This document shows positions 51,914 through 64,000 of a stretch of DNA of 64,000 nt, in pieces. Positions within the stretch are counted from its first letter, which is position 1; the number at the start of each line of letters is the position of its first letter. Origin of the DNA: Phoronis australis (lineage: Eukaryota > Animalia > Phoronida). The stretch is from NCBI GenBank assembly GCA_002633005.1, contig NMRA01000496.1, positions 1,005-65,004 of the forward strand, in the 5' to 3' direction. Position numbers and translations under genes: made by a program. The notes below the pieces were generated by a model. It was not told where the DNA came from. It ran no database searches and worked only from the letters and a program-made list of their open reading frames with translations.

Positions 51914-53457
51914 GCTGAAAGATGCAATCGAGAACGCAACGAAAAGCTATCGAGAACGCAAAATTGTGTTTGTTTATGCGATCGGGAACGCATTGTGATG
52001 TGTCGAACAGTAATGGACTTTTTACTTGTAAAACGTGTAAAAGGTTACAAAATATGTGTGGTGCAATGAATTAATCACATTTTGTGTCATTACAGTGTTC
52101 CTTCGTATCAAAACTGAACAAGTTCAAAAACAACACAGCATATTTTCATTAAATTGCCATGAGCACTACATATACATCAAGCATAATTTTAGTTTCACAA
52201 ACGAATTTATTTTTATTTCAGGAAACAGGTTCACTGTTATTTTGAGGCGAGTTTCAACTAACATGTTACACCCTACCAGAGTTTTGAAAAGTACAGGCAT
52301 CTACTTTTAGACCAAACCACTGAGAACAAGGGTTTCTAAACTGAAGACTCCCCCAGGAGTTGTTCCATGTTGAGTGTAGGCAGGGGTAAACAAATTGTTG
52401 CAGCATATAAAAGCGAGTGTGGAATCTTCTTGTAAAATTGTGACAGCAAAAGGAAAACAACAAATAGTCAGTGACGTCAAAGAATGATGATGAGCTTGCC
52501 CATGGGGAGAGAGGGGAGTGCGGCAACACTTCACGAGATGATTCAAAGATTCTCACTCATAAACGTCTGGGATCTAAGTATTGTCCAGAAGTTGTGTAAA
52601 TTGGTGTGCTGATTAAACGGGATTTTACTTGATGTTTTACTGATAACATCGATACAGAGATGAACAGATTTACTTGTGGCATCGTGTGGCTTGAATGTAC
52701 ATTGTGTTTGACTTTTCTGTTTTTTAGTCTTGGTCCTAAGTTCACCTGCATCACCAGTTCATGATGTTGAGTTAAATGTGACATTGAAAAAGTTTGAGCT
52801 AGTTATAATACACATATTATATTGAGATTTTCTCAAAACGTAGTCAACATGTTGTCATTAACGTCACTGCAACTACACACTGTAAGGATTTACACAGGAA
52901 ATCAACAATATTATAGGATTTCTATTATAATATTAATCTTTTATCACACATACCTCAAAATTGGTCTTACAAAAATATATAAATTTATTGCTTTAGGGAA
53001 ATCAACATAACAAATCCATTGAAGATTTCCAACAAATTACTTTTGGAATGTGTTAGACTAAATCATCACTGAGTCTTAGACAATATATTTAGGACTGATT
53101 GATAGTAAAATAGTCTCTGACAGGCAATCAACAATAATATGAAAGCAATTTCTACAATAATCATAGACATATATTTTCATTTAAAATACTAATTGGTCAG
53201 AACAACTGTATTTAAGTACATTTGTATTGCCCAATGACACTTAGTGTGGCCATTTAAATCTACCTAAACACTACAAAAATGTACTGGTTCTGTTAAAGAT
53301 CCTTTTGAAATAACACAACTATAGAAAGAAACTTTAGGAAAAAAGGTTCAAAACAAAACGTCAAAATACTATCACATCAAACAACTACCAACCACAGACT
53401 CTGTAAATCTGAATAAACTATAGTGACTTAACAACCTTCACTTCTGGACTTAATGAT

Positions 53458-53700
53458 TTTATTCATTACGCTTCTGCTTGCTATGCCTGTAGAAGCAGGC
53501 ATACTGTTTGCATGGCATGCCACATTCACCACAAAAAGGGTTGTCCTCGTGCTGTGACGCAGTGTCGCGTCAGGCTCACTCTTTCCATGAAACGTTGATC
53601 ACAGACAAGACACTGAATCGATTTGGTTCCTGAGCACGATGCTTCATGATGTGTTTTACTATACTGGTAAATACTCTTGAGCATGCAATGCGTCAATCAC
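53458..53700 (-). pseudogene. Frameshifted C2H2 zinc-finger array remnant
   Basis: IQCLVCDQRFMERVSLTRHCVT, then after a frameshift QHEDNPFCGECGMPCKQYACFYRHSKQKRNE*. A partial third finger lies upstream. Confidence 0.6.
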
Positions 53701-53801
53701 AGGGCTGGTAAAGGTCTTGCTTTGTTCAAGTAGTGTCTCTGTATTTTATTGCCATGTGGTCGTACTAAGTCGATTTCTTAGTTCCTGAACGAGGCTCCAC
53801 A

Positions 53802-53806
53802 ACACA

Positions 53807-53842
<36 letters not shown>
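53802..53842. repeat. (CA)n microsatellite
   Basis: Directly visible. Confidence 0.95.
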
Positions 53843-53844
<2 letters not shown>

Positions 53845-56800
53845 AAGGGTTCGGAGTCGGATACAATCAGATGTCGTCAGTGGCCAAAAATATCATTCCA
53901 GGTTGTCCAAACCGGTATTCAAATGTTTGCACCTCAAGTTGTCAACATAGTAAATAATCAACCAATATAAATTCGAATAGGGTAGAGTTCAATAATGTTA
54001 GGGCCTCGTTATGCCCTTTGCGAGAATACGTGTCTATTAAAACGTAAAGCTCTTCCAAAAGATTCCGGACACCTTACAGCCAAAAGTTTAATTAATATAT
54101 GAGAAAATAACATGTTGCTTGCTTAAAGCCATTACAAATATAACTTTGACCAAATGGTACAGCAAAAGCAAACAAAAACAGCGCTTTAGTTTTGCTCACG
54201 CTCGATTACAAATGGCCTAGATTACGTGTAAGGCCACGAATTAACATTCGATTTTTACTACCATACTCATTTTTATTACATTAAAATACACCAAAAATAC
54301 ATTTTGGGTGTACGACCATGTTGTCTATACACACAAATGTACACACAGGAACGTATTCAGACAAGTAAAAACGTCACAAGATACAACTCCAAAACAACAT
54401 AATCAATCATATAAAAGCGATTCAAAATACTTCCAATGCAGCAAGTATACAAGTACAGTATATCTGTTGACTTAGTTTAAATGTTTCTAAATAAATCCAG
54501 ACTAAAACATGTAACAAAAGTATTTTGTATGTGCTGAATTGTGCCTTTGGGTTTTTGTTTAAATAAGTTGATTCAAGTTAGGGAACTTACATTTTATACT
54601 AATACTTTTCTCAGAAAATCAGTAAAAAGAGGGCCTCTTTAGTTTAAGTACATGTATATCTTACCCAATTTGATAGTCCATTCGTTTTTATCTACACTGC
54701 AACACCACAAAATGACGTTTATCAGATTCATTACAGAAAGTGCAAAAATCATAATCGGCAGTTCTTTTAAAAAAATGTGGGTTTGGATAAGTTGCGAATT
54801 AGTGTAAAATAGTTAGAGCCGTTTCATTTGAGAGTCTGAAAAAATGATTGATGCAATTTGTAACTGTATTCTAATCGATGTTTTCATCGGTAATGTTTTA
54901 GGGTTTAAGAGAGATTCTACTTTAGTTTCCGAAAGGATTAAGTGTACTTTTTTCAAATACTTTATGGAATCGTTTGCACCTTTCTTTGACTACAGAGTAC
55001 GTGATTAATACAAGATGAATTTCGGAAGTTCAAGTAGAATTTGCTGATATTCAAACCAATCTTTCGTGTTTCTTGAAAGGTACGGTATGTTTCACTCGAG
55101 AGCAAAATTAACGGTAGTCAAAAAGTCTTCATGAAGAATGAATCAAGTCAACTACACATTAATGTTCGTTATAGATAGAAACTCATAAAATCCTTTAAAA
55201 CTATTCACTGTAGACGTAAGATCATCACAATAGTTAATGCAATTTACCTTCCAAAAAGAGTTTCCTAATTTGACGTGATGAATGTACGTAAATTTAATAA
55301 TAATGAGTCACGCTACAAAGTTGTCTCAGTGTTGCAAAACTAGATAAAAGTTTCTTAGAACCGGCTAATAAAAATAGAGAAATAAACTAACAGAATAAAG
55401 AAATAATACACATGTAAAGCATTCGTTTGAATGAAAGCGGTATCATTAACAAATGAATAAAAATTAATTTCAAAACCGAATTTCTCGGAAAAGAATTATC
55501 CTCTAGTAATTTTCAAGCAAAATGAAATGCCCCTGACGTTTGGATGCCCAGGTGTACTAAACACCGACCTAATGCCGCTGTCAACGCTGAGGGAAATTCT
55601 GGTCGGTGCTTTCAGATAAAAAGAAACGTTTTATGTGGCATTTATGCAGTCGTATACTCACCTAAAAGTTAACTTAAAGCAATGCAATGACGCCGTATTT
55701 CGTCACCCAGCCCTAAGGGTATAGTAACACACATCGAAAGAGGAGGGGTCGAAGAGAGGTTTGACCGAGACTATGACACGGGGGCACTTGGAATTGGTTG
55801 ATCTATTTTCATCAATTAAAGCGGTATTAATCCCTTGCATCTGATCAAAAAACAAGATTTGATCGTTGACACTTACCAATATTCACTCAGTTGACCATAG
55901 ACATGTATCATTTGTGTTGTATTGGGCCTCAAGTTATGGGAATTACGTGTCAAATTCGGTAAAACATAATTTCAAAGATGATAACTGGGTCGCACAATTT
56001 CTCGCTCCTCCACCAGCTCACGAGTTCTACACCCCCCTCAACAACTCGCAACCTCTGTTCACCATAAACAGAGTTACATGAAAGCCCGAAGTGATATCGT
56101 TACGGATGCTCGTCAAATGTGCACACCTACTTTACCAAGATTAAACTTTCATGCAGTTGACCTATATGTATACTGCAGAAAGAAGTTTTAGCGGGAACTT
56201 CGTGGCCCCTTCATGTAATGTTTAAGTCTTTGCCAGGCTAAACTGACTTTATCTATTTTAATTATTAGGTGGAATATTAGAACACCAGAAGTAGGTAACG
56301 TACAATGTACATATATGTATTTCTAGGAGCTCTATATAATGACTGAACTGAGTATTCCTTATCAATAGAAGGCATCCAAAATCCGTGTTAGAACAACGTC
56401 CTGCCTTTACGCAGGTCATGCTCTGTATACAATTTATAATGACAGTTTAACAAAAAAATATTTCCCTCAGTAATTGGTGGCACTCAAGAGGAACACTTAA
56501 GACTTCTTTTCTCTGAAAGCGCAAATTCCAAACAGTGATCAGATTGAGAAATTTATTTTTATGTTAATGCCATGGCACCTTAAGGTCCTATGAAGGCAAA
56601 TTACGTGTACGTCAAACCCAATAACAAAGCGATGAATTTAACTGTAACTACTGTAATAGACACCAAAGGGATGAAACCGATTAATCTTATCTGCAGTGGC
56701 AGTGAAATGGTAAACATGTTTTGGTGATGCATAAAATATTCAACATAAAGTCATTTAATTTGAAAGGCAACGGTTGCAAAGAATATTTTCAAGGTTCAGT

Positions 56801-57881
56801 TTAGGAGAATGCTCATGTATGCATACTTACAATACTCTGCAGTGGTTGGTTAATGTTCCATTTATTCTTGATCAATTTCTGAAGAGGCGCACAGTCGCCT
56901 TCTTTCGCGGCTCTTATAACCTGAAAATGATAACAAATAAATATGAATTACACTTTACACAGTGTACATGTACTATCGTCATCGAGTCATTTCAGTGGTT
57001 CACACTTCCAAGTGTTTGAACTTCCCGTCAGTTATGACGTCAGCTGATACAGATCAAGATGCGTCTTGTTCCTAACGGTGACAAGTTTAGAAACAATTTT
57101 AGGAAAACTAGCTGCCACTATTATGTTGCTGTAGAAACTTTTAGTCATTTACCGACTATCTTTTTGACTGCACGCTAAACAAAGGTCGTAAAACAGAGAT
57201 TTTCCAAGACATTGAACAATACCCCGACATTCACTAAGCTTATTCTGAATTCCCTCATGTGTTTCACAAACCCAACTTTTTGCTTAATAGATTAAGAAAA
57301 TTGGTTGCACTGGCAATACGGCTCTATTTGAAAGTTCGCTACAATTCGATTTCATAACATTTGATGCTAAAACTGACGGAGTTTAATTCTTAATGTTTAA
57401 AATAGCTTATTGGGGACAAATAAAATATCATAAGAATAATATTATATAAGTTTTATGTTGCATTGGTAATCCTCATCTGTTTATTGTGTAATCTCTTTTG
57501 ATCATTATCAACATGACAGTGTACAAAATGTCGTACATTAACCCTAAAATTGATTTATCTATCTATTCTTTACAATTGGTAATGTTGTACACTTCACTGA
57601 AGTTCTTGTTTCATTGATGTTTGTATAACTAATTGTATATGTATTTATGTGGGTTTCTCTTCCAATACTGATATACATGTATATGTGTACTGTGCGATCT
57701 CCCTCTTTTACGAAACTCACATTAACAAAATATATGCTCAGAAAACGTGAAGACAGTTTTTACATAGTAAAAATGAACATGGCATGTACCAAAAACTAGT
57801 TTCAATATGTAGACTAAAAACATCACGCCCCGCCCATTCTCAGTCATAAACGTTCTGTCTACATTACTTTAGGTCTCCATC

Positions 57882-58810
57882 ACATCAAACTACATTTCAT
57901 ACATTGTATACATGAAACTAGATGTCATGCATTGTATACATCAACCTACATGTCATACATTGTATACATCAACCTACATGTCATACAACGTATACATCAA
58001 CCTACATGTCATACATCGTATACATCAACCTACATGTCATACATCGTATACATCAACCTACATGCCATACATTGTACACATCAACATACATGCCATACAT
58101 TGTATACATCAACCTACATGTCATACATTGTATACATCAACCTACATGTCATACATTGTATACATCAACCTACATGTCATACATNNNNNNNNNNNNNNNN
58201 NNNNNNNNNNNNNNNNNNNNNNNNNNNNNNNNNNNNNNNNNNNNNNNNNNNNNNNNNNNNNNNNNNNNNNNNNNNNNNNNNNNNNNNNNNNNNNNNNNNN
58301 NNNNNNNNNNNNNNNNNNNNNNNNNNNNNNNNNNNNNNNNNNNNNNNNNNNNNNNNNNNNNNNNNNNNNNNNNNNNNNNNNNNNNNNNNNNNNNNNNNNN
58401 NNNNNNNNNNNNNNNNNNNNNNNNNNNNNNNNNNNNNNNNNNNNNNNNNNNNNNNNNNNNNNNNNNNNNNNNNNNNNNNNCATACATTGTATACATCAAC
58501 CTACATGTCATACATTGTATACATCAAGCTACATGTCATACATCGTATACATCAAACTACATGTCATACACTGTATACATCAACCTACATGTCATACATT
58601 GTATACATCAAACTACATGTCATACATTGTATACATCAAACTACATGTCATACACTGTATACATCAACCTACATGTCATACATGGTATCCATCAACCTAC
58701 ATGTCATACATTGTATACATCAAACTAGATGTCATACATTGTATACATCAAACTACATGTCATACATTGTATACATCAACCTACATGTCATACATTGTAT
58801 ACATCAACCT
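57882..58810. repeat. 28-bp minisatellite spanning an assembly gap (N 58185-58480)
   Basis: Unit catacattgtatacatcaacctacatgt on both sides of the gap. Confidence 0.97.
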
Positions 58811-61384
58811 GCAAACCTGTTGCATTCGTGGACACAAAGAGCTTTTTAAACAAATTAAGCGTCACTTGTCAAATAAAAATTCCACTTCCTGTCTTATCAA
58901 CTTTTCTATTAATCACTTTTATTGTCTCAAATAATCACAAAATAATCCCAAAGTGCCTTTTCTCCCGTAAGACCGATAATGTTCGTTAAACAAAAGCCTT
59001 TACAATTATCATTACCGAATCGGCTATCCCCATCGGCTGTATTGTACCGATGAAATTATTCCGAAAAAACGCCCAAGCGTTCTAAATTCTGGTGATAAGT
59101 GTCCAGATAGCGGGGCGTTTGTTTGAAGAATCTCATCTGTCACTGTCCGGGCGTTTATTTGGGGTCACTTAAACGTCTGAAGATGCTCGTTATCCGAATT
59201 CACGCTCACTGGCTTATATACGGAATATCCCAGGAGCTATAGGCGCCGCGGAAATAGACGAGGCTCGGGGGCGGTTAAACAGTCATTCCACACGGAAGGG
59301 TACACTCCAGGGTTAGCGGCTCATTTCTTGAACAACTTGTGTGTTCATACATCCTAGTGAGATATGCTCAAAATAATTTTGGGCAATGACTTTTAAAATA
59401 AAGTACCATGGATATTTTGTCTCAAATAGCTCGCTTTGGGTTCGAAAAGGTTCAACTCGAAGATGGTTTTAATGAGAGACAAAATTTGACACAGACTTAG
59501 CAATAACGTTCAAACATTTGTACCATTTTAATAATGTTTTCAATTTTTAGTTCAGATATCGATGTGTTGCATGTGCTTTGTATTTCAGTGAATGAATAAC
59601 TTTTGGTTCGTCCCTTTCATATAGTCTCAAACCCTTAATTCAAACTCTTGCTTTAATAAAAGAGTTGTTGAAAAGATTATATAGCGTAACCGAATGGAAT
59701 TATTTGTTTTATGTAAGTCTCGAATTATTCGTGGCGACATAGACTATAGTACATGGACCGCCAACTCCGTATACTTTCAATGGACGAAATCTGTGACCTT
59801 ACGCACAAGCCCTTACGTCATTATTCACTGGCGACACCTGGCTAAATTATCTGGTGTAATTTCCGGCAAGTACGTCGTCTGCTAATCATAGACCCTATTC
59901 ACGCGGCGGCCATTAAGATCCAAAGCGAGGCCCACTGCGATAAACAAAGTGAAAGTAGACATTGTGTGAGTTAAATAGCCGGTCTTTCGAGTCCAACCTG
60001 GATATTAAATTTTAATGATATGTCGACAATTAACCACGGAGACGTAGAAAATTACATTAGAGAACAAGTTAAGGCGCCAAAGAGTTGTCTGACGAAAGGG
60101 CTTAATTTTTTTCGGAAAACTAGGTTCGAAACATGAAAAGTAAATATGACCAAATTCCGGCGATCGTAGTGTTACGGATTAGATATTATGCTGAATGCAG
60201 GGTTCCGTTTTTTCTTGTAAATTGTTGATCAAAATACTTTCTAAGCGGACCAGGTCATCTGCTCGTATTGTTGATGAGTTGAAGACATATTCGACAGTGG
60301 TGTCTGTCATGTGCAATTAGTCACATCTGGTTTATTTGTTGATCAAGAATATTAACATCAAGCATAGCCTGATCCTATGCACTCACTGGGACTAACAGTT
60401 GATTTGTCATTGGTCTGAAAGAATGATTGATGTTATTAAATATATTTTATTAAAATAAAAAACCGGGCTCGTAATTGAAAATAAAAATTATTTGACCATC
60501 AATGCTTTCTTGGTTGTAATAATTCTTACGTCTATTTTATGTGTTAGATTTCAAATATCAATCTGGACCAAGTTGAATTTTAAAATTAAAACACCTAATT
60601 CGTTCGTCCAAAACATAACATCGTTTTAAAACTCAATTTCAGTTAACTGGACAATGCAATCATAGTTATCATGTTTCTGCAGGAGTCTCTTTCATCCGAG
60701 GGGAACGGTGCCAGTGCCTACTGAGAGGCGATTTTTTCGCCAACTGAGGGCGGGAACAATCTACCTCCCGATCACCAACAATAGCACCTCCGTCCTGTTG
60801 CAAGCTCTCATAGGCTCTGCCTCAATTTAAAGTAGTCTTTTGTGCTCTTAAAAATTGTCACCTGTGTGGTTACAGGTGATGTGAACTCAGAGAGATTTTT
60901 CACTAGGGGAAGTTTTATCAGTGCCTCGTGGGGGGAATTTCGGGTGATATTTCAATATGTTTGAGTGGGGAATAGGGCCGATATTGGGCCCCAAATTTGA
61001 GGGATTGAGGGCCCAGTGCTTTTTGGAAAGAAAAATTATAAATGTTTCAACCCGTAGCAGGGGCGGATCCAGGTTTTTCAGTTAGGGGGGGCAGGGCACA
61101 GGAATAAGCAGCATTTCGGCAGATGCGCGCGCCCAGCCTAAACTCTGGGGATGCAGGGGTCTTGAATTCTTGGGTTTGCGGACCTGTTGACTAAAAAATG
61201 GTAAACGGGGTTCATTCAGCGCCTATACGTTGTTTATTCACCCACCAAGACCCGCCCTGGTTGCGCACGTGTGCTAGTCAGCAATTCGCACCCGAACTCA
61301 NNNNNNNNNNNNNNNNNNNNNNNNNNNNNNNNNNNNNNNNNNNNNNNNNNNNNNNNNNNNNNNNNNNNNNNNNNNNNNNNNNNT

Positions 61385-61957
61385 CTCGCTGGTTCCCTGC
61401 GTGCTTAGCCCAGCCAGCACGCAGGTATCACGCAGTGGCACGCGCTTTAGCATTGGTCGATGTAATCTTGGCAGTCATTGGTTAGCTTTACAACACCGTG
61501 AAAAAATGGCAGACTGTGAATGATTTTAGCCTTGTCATGCAAGTGGCGTCGCAGCAACTATTTCGTTTGTGCAGTGATGTTTAATAGCCGCGTGCTTGAA
61601 GTACATACATGCACAATAAACACTTATTACGGTGTGTTATTCATACTGTACAAAGACGCTATCGTAAACAAAAGTCATCGACAGTAGAAAGATGCATTCC
61701 GAAAAGGCTCAATCACAATTTCTAGGCTTCACATTTCCTGAACATAATTTTAAGCACCGGTTTGCCTGTACAACAGACCACATTTACACTTCAGTCCATC
61801 AGCCATACCAGTTTGTTTGCGCAAAGCGCTGCCTGTTGACGAATCGACTAGCCAATCAGAAACGCCGGTGTAAAAAAATTTACAGAGGAAATTTAAGTGA
61901 TACCTGCGTGCTGGCGCGGCTACCGCCCCACCTAGCGGCACGCAGGGAACCAGCGAG
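61385..61957. mobile_element. Nested MITE with 20-bp TIRs
   Basis: CTCGCTGGTTCCCTGCGTGC / GCACGCAGGGAACCAGCGAG, plus a subterminal inverted pair GCCAGCACGCAGGTATCAC / GTGATACCTGCGTGCTGGC. The left flank is in the N gap, so the TSD cannot be checked. Confidence 0.75.
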
Positions 61958-61984
61958 CGCTCAAATAAGACTACAATGTATCTG

Positions 61985-62731
61985 CCAGCACCTTGACCTA
62001 CATTCTGCTGCTGCTGACTGTAGCCACAGGTCACGAGAGTTCATGAACCAGACAGTGTATGTCTTGATGAGTGACGATTTGGTGTGGAAAAGAAATCTTT
62101 GTGTCCGACATTCCATGTTTAAAACCCCATTTGTAATAACTATTTGTAACATATAATTAAGATGAAAGGGTTAATAATCTAAGCTGTTGTGGTTGCTTGG
62201 CCTAAACGCTGGGGTAAAATATATATTCAATGAACGTGACCATGGTGAGGCTACTAAACCGGGCCCGGCCACTATAACGCCCGGCGAGATTTTGGCAACT
62301 CAACAACCATAATTTTAATTAGGTTGAAATATAACCACTATATTTTTTAAATTATGCTTGAATTATACATGGTGATATACATGTTGGGTTTTATTCTCTT
62401 GCGATATTTTCTTTTCGTTCAGTGTCTCGTTAGCCAACAACATGGAGCCCAGCAGACCGGACTGGCCGTGGCACGGCACGGCAGCTGATGGTTCACCAAG
62501 TAGAAACGTCTGTAATATTTGATGTTCTATCAACACTAAGGCAAAAGAGAGTGGTTTCAACTGATATAGTATCTATTTAACGAACTGAACCATGCACTAT
62601 GAACATGTTGGTGGCCATGATTGATAACAGCTGACGGTATAAACAAAAAGTGAAGCAATGAGCTCATCATTTTACGTTGTCACAACGGCGATGTGACGTC
62701 AGCAGCTGTAGAATGTAGGTCAAGGTGCTGG
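61985..62731. mobile_element. Nested element with about 34-bp inverted termini, no TSD seen
   Basis: CCAGCACCTTGACCTACATTCT...GCTGCTGAC and GTCAGCAGC...AGAATGTAGGTCAAGGTGCTGG. Confidence 0.65.
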
Positions 62732-62937
62732 GTCAAGATTCAGTTCACAAAGAATGTCACATGGCTCTAAGCAGCGCTGCCTGTTAGTAAAGCATCATTG
62801 CATCCAGCGCCATCTGTTTGCCGTAAAGGTTTTGGATGAGCGGGTACCTTTTGCACAGAACTATGCCGATAAGCTAACAGAGCTATCGTAGCGAGCCTCG
62901 TTTTGAAATGCGCCTCCTGTCGGCGTGAATAGGGTCT

Positions 62938-63132
62938 ATGGTCGGCTACTGTGTGGCCGGTTGTTCGGCCACACACGCAAAATGCAAAGGTATTAGCTTC
63001 CATACCATCCGAAGACCCCATAATCGGCTGTGGGAAGAAAACCTTACTTCTTGTGTCAACGTGAATGGCAGCTGTTTCAGCAATAAGCCTTTATACATTT
63101 GTTCAAGGCACTTCGAAGATGAATGTTTTTAA
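62938..63132 (+). pseudogene. THAP (C2CH zinc finger) domain ORF, transposon-type
   Basis: MVGYCVAGCS..ISFH..W..LYICSRHFEDECF* has the THAP signature C..GC, FH, W, CSRHF. It stops immediately afterwards and no transposase core is seen. Confidence 0.85.
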
Positions 63133-63886
63133 GAGACTCTACTACTTAATCCTGTCTTCACAAATCCATTTTTGTTTTCTCTGTTTTGATAAAAACTATC
63201 TGGTAAAACTTTTTGACGAAAATTATCCGCTAAATTTCTTCCAAAAGTAGTGACTCGTAAACTCTTGTCCTTACGAGGAAGTTCAGCCATAGCCTAGTGA
63301 GCGAATTAACCAAATTACTCTTCGCTGGCCCTGACCAGACGGTTGGTCTCAGCAGAATGCGGACATTTGGCCAGGATTTGGATCAGCGATTTCAACAAAT
63401 TCACATTCGTGTACAAATTAATAGAACGCTGGTGAAACCTTTAACATCAATAAATATTACATTAATAATTCATAGATAACCACCCGGACCAGTCAAAATC
63501 TATCTTGCAATTCAACAGCAAGTTACACACTCATTTCATGTTGAAGATATGCCGCACAAAATCTCTCGACTGCAGTCTATGAAAATGCAACCAACTTCTT
63601 TGAAAACATGGAACAAGAACACCAGAGGGGTGTAAAGGTTGTTTATATTCTTCAATGTTAAATTTTTTGTAAGCGGACATATGTGTTTTTAATTTTCCGC
63701 CGTAAGTCCTAACATTTCTAAACTTAAGCCTTTCAAACGAACGTTTATGACGAAAACAAAATTCTTCAACCAGTTTTGTAAAGTCCTATGCCACCTGTAG
63801 AGTACATAATGAGCAAATCCCACTCTTAATGTAACAAAAGGGTCCCGTGCATAAAGGATACTAAGTATTGCCCTTCTGAAATATTA

Positions 63887-64000
63887 CCGTATGCGCCCTA
63901 ATAAGCGGCCAGGGTGCTTAGAAAAATCCGCTTCAGGAAGGGGGCGCTTATTATAGCCCAAAAGTGGTTGAAACCCGGTCTCCGAAACAGGTGAAATCGT
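63887..64000. mobile_element. Possible left end of a TA|CCGTA-type (Tc1/mariner/pogo-like) MITE running off the window
   Basis: TA|CCGTATGCGCCCTAATAAGCG followed by the internal inverted motif GGCGCTTATTA. Only one end is visible. Confidence 0.4.

Larger units (their letters stand above)
59890..62937. mobile_element. ISL2EU-like (PIF/Harbinger-related) element with 15-bp TIRs and AT target duplication
   Basis: AT|AGACCCTATTCACGC...GCGTGAATAGGGTCT|AT. An internal remnant at about 60017-60139 (DMSTINHGDVENYIREQVKAPKSCLTKGLNFF) resembles the start of SWIM/YqaJ second ORFs. Contains the N gap 61301-61383. Confidence 0.7.
59738..63132 (+). mobile_element. Left end of a THAP-encoding P-like element, interrupted by a nested insertion
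   Basis: Begins CATAGACTATAGT. Removing 59890-62937 puts the THAP ATG about 150 bp from this end. The right end is not established. Confidence 0.55.

Noticed and set aside
54669-54700. Candidate upstream exon (..IKTNGLSNW|gtaaga), and also MLNK|gtaagt near 34864, as the 5' end of the ankyrin gene
   Set aside because: Both are phase-compatible but too short to distinguish from chance without transcript data.
57912-58989. Long ORFs (268-340 aa) in the ORF track
   Set aside because: They are translations of a 28-bp minisatellite plus an N gap, not genes.
59877-62950. Reading the insert as CATAG-ended with a 10-bp TSD (gtctgctaat/gtcggctact)
   Set aside because: It needs two mismatches. The AT duplication is exact and reconstructs an intact THAP start codon.
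63569-63581. ACTGCAGTCTATG as the right TIR of the element starting at 59738
   Set aside because: It matches at 11 of 13 positions but the flanks (GTGGCGA versus AAAATGC) are not duplicated.

Overview
This is AT-rich, intron-containing eukaryotic DNA, most likely from a marine invertebrate draft assembly. That assignment is an inference from the TTAGGG repeats, the transposon repertoire and two N gaps. Most ORF-track entries are noise. The main content is a minus-strand multi-exon gene that the ORF track largely misses (about 33.8 kb down to 2.4 kb). It has five ankyrin-repeat exons, one repeat per phase-0 exon, plus a capping exon, an 845-bp ZU5/UPA-like exon, and two exons that splice in frame into a death effector domain (DED). 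The implied ANK-ZU5-UPA-DED architecture resembles PIDD/ankyrin but ends in a DED instead of a death domain. Two ankyrin exons are a recent tandem duplicate whose differences are all amino-acid changing, suggesting a diversifying immune or cell-death sensor. The 5' end, 3' end and linker exons are not resolved, so joining the DED to the ankyrin/ZU5 part is an inference. The rest of the window is repeats: a decayed PIF/Harbinger element, a 5'-truncated LINE with a 10-bp TSD, CACAG-ended foldback elements with 7-8 bp TSDs, a probable 25-bp P-type excision footprint, an ISL2EU-like element inserted in the ATG of a THAP ORF, minisatellites, an interstitial telomeric array and old local duplications. 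No rRNA, tRNA or CRISPR array was found. All coordinates and translations were derived by hand.
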